Source of the DNA: Pecten maximus
Taxonomy: Eukaryota
Assembly: GCF_902652985.1 (NCBI RefSeq)
Contig: NC_047019.1
Span: forward strand, 40,486,001 to 40,550,000
Direction of reading: 5' to 3'
DNA length: 64,000 nt
The position numbers and the translations under genes were made by a program. The notes under the pieces are model-generated. The model was given only the letters and a program-made list of their open reading frames with translations, made no database searches and was not told where the DNA came from. Shown in pieces: positions 42,123 to 52,600 of the stretch; position 1 is the stretch's first letter; each line of letters begins with the position of its first letter.

Positions 42123-43350
42123 TTATGGTGTTGTGAAGAACAGCTGATCAGAATTGTTGAACAAGTCAACTAACTGGAGTAAATATTAACCAAGTTTGAT
42201 GAAACTAATGTAGCCATATAACAACATCTCGTGACCAGTTTGAAAATGGGAATTATTCACAGAGTTATTGCCCTTTGTAATAATATTATTAACAATGTTT
42301 TAGCTAACCTTGCCCTAAAGGTCTTGATGCTTTATTGAGCAAAGGAGATCTAGTATATAAATTGAGGAAAATCCTTAAAATCCCTACGACATGTAGTTCT
42401 GATTTAATTTGGTCTGGAGAAATTTTGGGCAATGGAAACCCCTGAGCCCAATAGGGGAAATTGAGGTAAGTAAACCTACTACTGGGGCATTATTTGGCAA
42501 ATAAGATGTTGTATAAATGAAGGATGTGGCACTCTTGGGGTAGGAGAAAGGGTGCCCAATCGGGGAAATTTAGCAAGAAAAACCCCCAAAAAACCTTTAA
42601 AAATACTTTTTTATGAATGAAAGGATTAAGTCCCCTGTTAAGTTTGAATCATTGTTGGGAGAGGCATTTCGAAAGCAGGATGTAGCTGAAATATCCAGTT
42701 GAGCGATGCAGGGCCTCTTGTATAAGGTATAATTTGCTTCCTTGCAATTGTCTTTGATTTTCAAATGTCTGGTATCAATGTCATGTTCTTGGATACAAAA
42801 AAAGTTTGGTTTGGTTTGGCTTGGCATTAATGTCCTATTAAATGCTATGGTCATTTAAGGGTGGCCTCTCCTGTGTGAATGCATGTGTAACAAAGCGTAG
42901 AATAAATTAAATTTAAATCACTGTCTCTGCTAGGGATCGGACGTGGGACCTCTGGCTTACTAGTCTTACGCTCAACCGATTGAGCTAAAGAGAAGATCTC
43001 TCTAGCTGAGCGGTATATTGCAGCTAGTATTTACCAGGGTTACATACTCCCCCTCCAGGAAAGAGCTCGTCCTCGAGTTTCCAGGGGTAACAGCGATGCT
43101 TTCGCAAGCAGCGATGAGTATCATTCCCGAGTCCCTACATGGGCGCCAATGTAACAAAGCGCAGGATAGATATAATTCAAATCACTGCCTCCGCTAGGGA
43201 TCGAACCCAGGACCTCTGGCTTAATAGTCTTGTGCTCAACCGATTGAGCTAAAGAGAAGATCTCTAGCCGAGCGGTATATTGCGGCTGATATTTACCAGG
43301 GTTACATACTCCCCCTCCAGGAATTAAGAGCTCATCCTCGAGTTTCCAGG

Positions 43351-44512
43351 TGTAGCACAGTGTTTGTTTGCTATAGTATAATGCAATACATTGTGTTAAT
43401 CCGCTAATCCGCGCTCCGCATCGTTGGCGCTCAGAATCTTGTTAAATTATGTATGTTCCTACGATCCGCACTCCGTACCGCTGTACACGCGATGTCACGT
43501 GATTGCTACTTTCGTTTTAGCTATGTAAGTTATTGTGTGATGTAATGTTTGTGTATCTGTCAATCATGTTGTCTCGTGACTGGACTGACTGACCACGGAC
43601 ACCTCATGCGTCATGACTTGGGCGCATTTCTTTTCCCGCCGTCTTCCCTTCTTTCTTTCTCTCGACTCTCTCTCTACCGCACTTCTCAGCCAGACGTGGA
43701 GCTGTCCACATCTACGGTCTCTGGCCATGGTTACGAAACCACTATAGCTATCCTATTTTGTCTGCACTTTGTGCCGGGTCCCCAGCACCATATGCAGGGT
43801 GAGTACACTGAGTACAGCTAGTGATATTTTGTTAATTATTGCTATTATATTCTATAGGATTTTTATATATTTTATATCAAATAATGCCGTATCGGTTATT
43901 ATTGTACTTTCTAATAATTCTGGGCCGAAGCTAGATATAGTTTCAGTACATTCCATAGCCAGTTTATATATATATTCCTAACTATCCTTATTAGCTAGAC
44001 CAGTTAATATATATTGCTAAACCGGGTAATAATTCAGCCAGTGTGCGCGGGTATGTAAGTCCGTGTGAAAGCTACGCTAGTGTTTTGTATGTGTGTATTG
44101 TCTATAAGTCAGGTGCGTTCGTGTACGAAGTTCGTTTATATATATTTATATTTTTAACATTGCAGGGACCATATTTGATATTAATAAAAGTAACAGAACC
44201 GACGAACGTTTTGGTCATGTCATCATTGCAAAAGAACCCTAACACCACATTGGCGCCCATGTAGGGACCCGGGGGAAATACTCAGGATTGCTCCACAAGC
44301 ATCGCTGTAACTCCTGGAAACTCGAGGACGAGTGCTATCCTGGAGGGGGAGTATGTAACCCTGGTAAATACTAGCCGCAATATACCGCTCGGCTAGAGAG
44401 ATCTTCTCTTTAGCTCGATCGGTTGAGCGTAAGACTAGTAAGCCAGAGGTCCCGGGTTCGATCCCTAGCGGAGGCAGTGATTTAAATTTAATTAATCATG
44501 TGCTCTGTTACA
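43351..44512 (+). mobile_element. Chimeric LTR element: 899-bp foreign 5' LTR + PBS + TRIM internal region + PPT + 159-bp tRNA-containing 3' LTR, 4-bp TSD CAGG
   Basis: TGTAGC...CCACA at 43351-44249 with AATAAA at 44183. PBS TGGCGCCCATGTAGGGAC at 44251-44268. PPT GGAGGGGGAGTA at 44342-44353. LTR at 44354-44512. CAGG at 43347-43350 and 44513-44516. The host internal sequence (CCAGG|GGTAACAGCGATGCTT) resumes exactly after the TSD. Confidence 0.88.
44404..44476 (+). other. tRNA-Thr(AGT)-like sequence inside the TRIM LTR (Pol III type-2 promoter; not a functional tRNA)
   Basis: A box TAGCTCGATCGG at 44411-44422, anticodon loop CT-AGT-AA at 44435-44441, B box GGTTCGATCCC at 44455-44465. The anticodon stem does not pair well. 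Confidence 0.75.
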
Positions 44513-45987
44513 CAGGGGTAACAGCGATGCTTCCTCCGCTAGGGATCGAACCCATGACCTCTGGCTTACTAGTCTTGCTCAACTGATCGAGCTAAAGAGA
44601 AGATCTCTCTAGCCGAGCGGTATATTGTGGCTAGTATTTACCAGGTTACACATGTAGTTTATGTGTGTTTTGGGAGGCTGTAATATATTTGTTTTGTGAT
44701 ACCGTGAAACTTGACAGTTATGGGTCATATATATATCACGATGGGGGCGCTTGCTGACCTGTTCATGTTCGAGTTCAGTTTGCTTTAAATACAAAATTTT
44801 AAATCGGGTAAAGTCAAGGATGCTACACTGCCGTCACTGTACTCTGCTTCTGACAAAAATACACAAAATATATCACATGTATAGAAATATATCGAACACC
44901 ATCACTAGCAAATGAAAAATAAGAAAAGATTGATAGTTCCATACAAAATGTAGCGGTGGAGCAAACTTTACTTCTTCAAGATGTAATTATTTATCCACTA
45001 AATTTAAACAAAATCTTTTTAGAGACTTAAACTTTTGGATATATACATGTACAAGGTAATCATGTAACTTGTTCAATCATAGCTCTTTGTCTGAGATGTA
45101 CATAAGTCAGAACAGTCTGTAAGTCATTCCTACTGTACATGTGGTATAGAAGGGTACCGTAATAAAGTCGGGTCTTGAAATTTTTATGCTGCGTCCTGTC
45201 CCGTCCTGATGCAATGTAACTAAATAATCTCAGGAACTGCTGATGCTATCCTAACCAAACTGTGTTTTGGGATGTCAAGTGGCAGCGGGGGCATTTAGTT
45301 CTAGTTTCTAGTTCAGTTCTGTGAGACAATATGAAAACAAAGGGGCAAACAATTTCAACATTTTATTTAAAATATACAAAGCTAGACTTCACAGTAATTA
45401 AATGACAATTGACAAAAAAAATAAATACAAGTAATAAAAAATATTTTACTAGTAACTTGATGCAATCTGCCCACCTTTTATGTATTTTAGGAAAAGTTCA
45501 CTTTCAAAGTACTGTTATGATACAACTCGAGACACCGTCTTAGAATGTTCAACAGATAACTAATTCAATACTTGTATGGGTAAAAACCAATTTTCAACCA
45601 AGTCATTTTTAGTATGAAATCCACATACAACAAGTTGTAGAATTCTTATACACAACAAAATGCAAGATGTCAACTAAGATCTATGCAAATAAACAACCAA
45701 CATCATAACAATGAATGTGATCAAACCTTCTCATTCAAGGTAAATTAAATAACATACTTGGTAAAAATGTAAAAAAAAAAAACATCTTGCACTCCTCATC
45801 ATAATAATAACATGAACTTACATACATATATACATATTTAACAATTAAAACGTTATTTAAATCAAAATTTCATATAAATCAGTAACTGCAGGTGAAGTTA
45901 GTCTTTAATTACGATACCAGTAGAGACTATACACAAGATGAAATGAATGTACTACATTTGTAGTAATTTACTACCTACCCATAGTAA

Positions 45988-46245
45988 CAGAGGGTTTCTA
46001 CATGCACAATTTAAACATAACAGTTTGAGGGTTTCTGGATAGATGAACATGCACAGTCCTTGATTTAAACATTAACAGTGTGATGGTTTCTGGATATATG
46101 AACATGCACAGTCCTTGATTTAAACATTAACAGTGTGAGGGTTTCTGGATAGATAACCATACACAGTCCTTCAATTTTAACATTAACACTGTTGGTAGGG
46201 TTTCTGGATAGAAGAACATTACATAGTCCTTCAATTTAAACATAT
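45988..46245. repeat. Degenerate ~55-60-bp tandem repeat (4-5 copies) in the probable 3' UTR of the CPRAS1-like gene
   Basis: GGGTTTCTGGATAGATGAACATGCACAGTCCTTGATTTAAACATTAACAGTGTGA. Confidence 0.8.
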
Positions 46246-46643
46246 ACAATATCACAGTTTGGTTATGGTCACAAGTACAGAAAACATTAATGAAAAAAAC
46301 ATATGCTTTACATTTTCTGACAGCGTACCAACAAGGAATTCAAGAATTGGATCAAAGATGCGAGTTGTCTTTATAGTGAGTTTAGGCAAGAATTACTGTT
46401 CAAGGCCAGTCAACTCTAAATTAAAAAAAAATCTTTTTCTGACCCAGAGCAAAATATCCTATTGGTATCTTAACCAATCAGCCTTTCATAGGTTGTCCTT
46501 GTCTTGATAAGTTTATTTAGCAAGACAAATTTAGATTTAAATAGCAAAAATGCACATTAAAAGTGAAGCACTATAAATCCAGGAAGCTAGTTTGTTTGCT
46601 GCCTAATCTTCCAGGTTTACATCAACGTCAACAGTTTGGAATG

Positions 46644-49600
46644 TTATTTTTTCATAACTTTGCTGGCACTCTTAAGATCATACATCATCTGAGCAGCTTC
46701 ATCTGATGTTTCTGTTGTCCTGCTTACTTTCAACATCTGTCAAGTTCAGAAAAAGTCTTCATTAACACATGATGTCAACATACAATGAAAGCTGGATTGA
46801 ACATTAAAAGATCATCTGATATGAATACTGTAAATTTAAGCATGTTCTGCGTAATGCTACTTGTTGTTTTGACCACCTACTGGCAAACAATTCTGATCAT
46901 TGAGGATGCATAAATTCTAAATCAACAAACTGTATATTCAATCCATCCTGATAAGCCATACTGCTACTGATGATAGATTGATAACACACTCATAATTAAA
47001 GTACATAATGTATACAGCTAACGTCACCTGCTGTTCAATGCTGGCTATATCTGATATCAGTGATAAAAAGCAAGCCGACTCTATACCCCGGATATATATA
47101 ATCCATTCTATCTACACTTAAGTCCTGGTGAATGATAACTCACTCAGTGATCATAGGAAGTTAAATAAATACCCCTCCATCACACGGACCTCTTGATTAA
47201 ATTGTCCAAATTCTCAATACATTCAACATTGTGACCTTAAAGTTGGTCAAGGTTATCAGAGCTCATCAAATAAGTAGCAGGATATTGTCTGGGGCTAATA
47301 AATTTCATATACGGGCTAGTACTTCGAAATAATGCTTGTTCCATTGGCTAATGTTCAGTACTAGCAAACAGGCAAATACAAAGTGGTCAGCTAGTGGAAA
47401 ATACAAATGTTCTTATTCTAAAATCATCCAAAAGCAAAACTAATGCTCTTTGATTGCTGTATGGGCCCATTGTGTTCACTACTACACTATATTCCCTCCT
47501 AACTTGGACAACTGGATTTTGTGACTGGGATTTAGACTACACTATTCAGAATGACCAGAGGAAACTTAAAAGTTATTTTTAGCCCTGGGTTGTTCATATG
47601 AACAAATTTGACAGCATATTGTCTCTGTTAACTCATTCACTGCAGCCTGTATCTTGGCATTTGTGATAGGTAGTTGATGTAAGATGTAAAGATTTCCAGT
47701 GATCAAAACAGTGTAATAGTGCAGAAATGGTCATATGACTGATCCACATTGAAATGACCTGTTTGTGGATGAAACAGGTGAGGGTAATGTAAGCAGTAGG
47801 GAACCTAAATAAATGTATTAATTTAAGTTAGAGAAAAAAATCCATCATCCTAAAGATTCATTTCATGCATGCTTTTGTACAGCAATCTGAAATGTGAATA
47901 AATTTGCTTGAACGATTTACTTTCAACATGTAAACTTTCCACCCTACCCCACTAACATCGTATAAAAGTGTATTTTCTAGAATGTGTAGAACCAACCCCC
48001 CAAATTGTCTAATGTTATAAAACACACTAGGATAGGCCAAAATACACTTGTAACAAATTCTCAGGTTCCTGTACCCACCAATCATTTTCGTATAGCCATA
48101 CCTAATTAATCATGTCCTCCTACTTATATTTACCTTTGAAAATGTTCATGTTAACCAACACTGGTAGACACTAGCTTGTAACAGAACAAAAATAGATGTC
48201 TTTGTTTCGTTACCTTCTTGCTTTTCTTTCCTCTAAAGAAAAGTCCACTTCCTTGTGAAGGTGCAGATACAGAACTCCCTGATGCCATTGGTGTCGGGGC
48301 TTTTACATCAAATCTATTTCCACCAGCAACACTGGAAGTTTCAAGCATGTCTTCTTCCTCTTCATCATCACTGTAGGTCCTTCCTTTTGAAGCTGTCTCC
48401 CTCTGGATATCAGATGATAATGTCAAATTATATGATTATGTACATTTGGATGTCATTAAACACCAAATTGCACTTTCTGCAATGTAGGTCAAACTGATTT
48501 TACTGGGATTTCATTAATGATAAGAACAACGATTCAGACATATAGATATATACACAGCTCATGCACAGTAGACAGGCCCTTCGAGTCTCAGATTGATTTG
48601 TTTAAAATCTATAATTATGGCTGGGTTACCACTACTACAATGTAGATGTCATCATTAAACTGGGAAGAGAAATGCTGTGGTTGTGTATGTGATATTAAGC
48701 TCTTCTTAAGTTGTGTTGTGGAGATTTGTAGAAGCATGAAGGAATAATGTCCTGACTTCTTGTATTTCAAAGTGGTTATGTCCTGTGTAACATATTGATA
48801 CAATGCCTGGCACCCCCACAGTGCAGCCAGTGTGGGGCTGACCCACCCTTTCTGTCAGTGCCCCGACTCCCCGTCTCAACTGCTTTTTATACAAAATCAT
48901 ACAAGGCTGTAAATCTAGGTGATATACAACTAGTGATTGTTTGCCCCTTCTCCCTTTGACGCTAACTAGGGGCTAGTTTTTATCTGTACACTATTAGCCT
49001 GCACTTTGTGAGTAGGGTGATAATGGTAAACAACAACTTCCATTAGAATATCTCTAATAGTTTTAATTCATTGCCAGATAAAAAAAACTATTAGAAAAAC
49101 ATGCACTTTGATCTTTGTCCTTGAAAGTTTGGTCAAATTTTCATCAAGATATCTTCACAGTTTAGAAGTTATGGTCAAGACCAAATTTGTACTTACAAAA
49201 AAAATGTACCATATCTTTGACCTTGACATCAAGGTCACAATGATCCAATTATGGATAACTGCACTTAATCAGTTGGTGATTAACTTAAGATAAACAACAT
49301 TAAGATCGCTTTAATGGTTTAGACAAGAATTATTGGAAAAACAAGAAATTGCTGAATTTGCACTTTTTTTACCTTGAGGTCAAGGTCACACTAACGAAGT
49401 CAGTGCACGGATATCGGCTTCAGGCAAGAAATTAGTGTAAAAACTGCCCTTATTTGACTTTGACCTTGAGATTAAGGTCACAATGACCTAACAGCAGTGC
49501 ACTGCACATTGTCTAAGTTTCATCAACAACATATCTGCAATGGCCCCAACTTATTGTAAAATACAGTAAAATACTAATACAATGGGTCTCCCTTCATTTG

Positions 49601-52600
49601 AAGGGGAGACATAATTATTTAAGTGACCAAACAGATGTCTAAGCTTGTCATAAATGTTGGATACAATGATATAACATAGGTATCATAAATACCCTAACAT
49701 ATAACATTTGACCCATAGCCATACATGTAATGGCATGTACACCTATCACTGAAGTCTACTAGCATGAGAATATTTCTGATAATATATGTTTTTATAACGT
49801 TCATTATTCTTCATGTAGCAGGAATATCATTAATAAATAATCACAGTGCAATGTTGAACATGAGATCTGCGGGGACAACTGATATTTACATGTGTCGAGG
49901 CCTGATTACTGATGTCGGATCAGTAAACATGTTTCTGTTGTTTGATTAAAATCATCGGCACAGTTGGCTATGATGGTCACACATAAAGCATCCATAGCTT
50001 TGGTGATGATGTAGATACAGACAAGCACATGCAATTTTTGCAAGGCAAAGATATCTAAACTGCTTGAATCTATGTGAACATGCCTCCATTACCATTTCAT
50101 TATCAATTTAAATTTGTCTTATATGTTATCATTTTCTATTTCATTTTTTCGTCATTTAATCATATGCCATACTGCTCTGTAGTACAAGTCAGCTTCAGGA
50201 GAGTAGGAATATAAATATACATCAAACGCTTTACATTGTTCTCACTTGAGCTAGAGAATTGTATTCTCAAATCAATTAACCAATCTCAAGCATAAATGAC
50301 TTAACACTTAGCCTGCTAATGTGGGACTAGTACATACTTGATAAAACAGTTCCCTCAAGGCTGTAGGTAGTATGAGTTGTAAGTCCTCTTACAGGTGTAG
50401 ATATTTTTTAATTGTTCTAGTTTGATATACCAGTATCAAATGCAATATGTTGCCAATTTTGGCATTTAACACTTGTCAGAAAACCTTACCTGCTGTGCCA
50501 TGTTGAGGTAATTCTCAACAGATTTGACCTTTCCAAACACTGCTCCATATGTTTTGTGAGCCTTCTTCCGTGAGGATTTACTCTCATGGGAGTCACTACT
50601 GCAAACAAAGTAAAGAGTTTTCCAAATTAACTTTCATGATAGCTAAAAAAGGGGAAAAAATCTAAATTTGAAAGACTAAATTTTTTTTATAAAACCTTCC
50701 TTGCATTCAACAATAATGCTGATCTAATACCTTGGTCACATTTGCTCTACAACAAGAATATGCTGTAGATCACTGAAATCGAGAGAAACTCAAGGCTTCA
50801 AGGTAATTGTATGGCATATCCCAGTATCTGAAATGCCATAGGGGTTGTCATAGAATTACAATACAGAGTTCATAAATTTTACGGTTGTTGTAGTATCTAA
50901 TACAGCATAGTAATGCTGTAGAATGGTTCCACTGTGACCGTATGGCAGCTGTGCAGTGGCTTTACATTTGCCATGCATGGAACAGGTACATATACAAGCC
51001 ACACGGTGACCATGCCTCCTGTACAGCAGATGCAGGTGTTCTGTCTCCAAAATTTCAATACATGCTGAGCGGCGTCTTGATCATATATGAATTAGACCAC
51101 TAGATTGTGTGACTGTGGGAATTAATGCTGTGGTGGCCGTGTAATTACTTCTGGTTGTAGATATTTTAGACCACTTGGCTGCAGAGGAAAATGTGGCCAA
51201 GCCTTTACCTTACAAGGCAAGAGGCCATGAGGGCCTGCCCTGCATCAATCACCTGTATATTTCAGTAATCATGACAAAACATTTAAAATAGTATTACAAT
51301 TATTTTTCTACATTAAAAGCAAATTTGGACCAAATCTTGTCATTCTTCAAGAAGAAGGATTTTAGAGGATTTTTGTTTTGTTTTTGCAATATTTCCCCTA
51401 TTGGACCCACCCCGACTGGCCCAAGGGAATCACACCCTTACTTTATACCATATTAGATCTCCTTTGGCCAATAATGCTTCAGACCAAATTTCATCACAAA
51501 CCAATCAGTCTGAAAGTTCAGGACTAGAATGAATTTAAAGGATTTACTTCAATTTCCCCAATTGGACCCCATCCCTCCAGCCCCAAGACAGCCACACCAT
51601 CTATTTAAAAGCCACACACTCTGTTTATACAACATTAGATCTCCTTTGCCAAATAATGCTCCAGACCAAACATCAAAATCCATTCAATCGTTTAGGACTA
51701 GTAGGGATTTTAAAGGATTTACCTCAATTTCCCCTACTGGGCCCCTCCCCTTCAGCCCTGAGAGCACACTCTCTATTTATAAAGCATTCAAGTCATTTGC
51801 CCAATAATGGTCAAGACCAAATTTCATCAAAATCCATTTCGATGTTCAGAGCTAGTAGCGATATATATAAAATATGTTGACAGACGACCAATGGTGGACG
51901 GACACTGGACCATGGCATAAGCTCACAGGCCCTTCAGGCCAGTAAGCTAAAGGCATAATGTAGACTGTGTTGGTGGAAGCCTACATGTATGTATAGATAG
52001 CTCTGTTGGGATGAAAATCCCTTGTCTTACTTCTTGTGTCTCCAGGCTAGCCTCTGGTTCATCAGTGCCCTGCTTCGTGCCTGTGTGTACATGCCATCTA
52101 GTGCGAGGTTTGCTGATACTTGAGCTGTATGCTTAGCAAGAACTTCCATTTTCATTTCTAAAAGAAAAATGATACTTATCAGTATAAGAATGTAAGGTGA
52201 CTGAAAGTTTCACACAATGGTACCCAGTTATTTTAGTCATCCAAATTATATACACTAATTGACTGGTCCTTACTTTTCTCTGCTTGTTTCCGGTCCTTTG
52301 TGACAGGCTTGGTCTTGGTAAGGACACGGAGTGCAGTAGCGCCATCTACATCTGTGTACTTCACTTGTAACTGGAAAGGCAGTTCTTTAGGCTGTTCAGC
52401 ATCTCCGCTATCTGAGCTTGGACCTGCACCCTCCGAGCTTGGACCTGCACCCTCCGAGCTCGGACCTGCACCCTCTGAACTTGGACCTCCAACAGCACCA
52501 TCTTTTGGGACTTGGTTGGATGGAGCTGAAGAGGCAATATAGTATGTAGTGTTACCAACAAAATATATGACAACTACTACCGGGGTATGTACTGACTTTC

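Larger units (their letters stand above)
42886..44650 (-). mobile_element. Tandem TRIM array (LTR-int-LTR-int-LTR) with tRNA-containing LTRs (Helenus/TRIMp3-type), 4-bp TSD CATG
   Basis: LTRs TGTAAC...GTTACA at 42886-43044, 43150-43306 and a truncated one ending at 44650. PBS (minus strand TGGCGCCCATGTAGGGAC) at 43131-43148. PPT (minus strand GGAGGGGGAGTA) at 43045-43056. CATG at 42882-42885 and 44651-44654. Unit length 264 bp. Confidence 0.9.

Noticed and set aside
44404-44476. Bona fide tRNA-Thr gene
   Set aside because: Poor anticodon-stem pairing, no oligo-T terminator, and it occurs four times as part of TG..CA LTRs.
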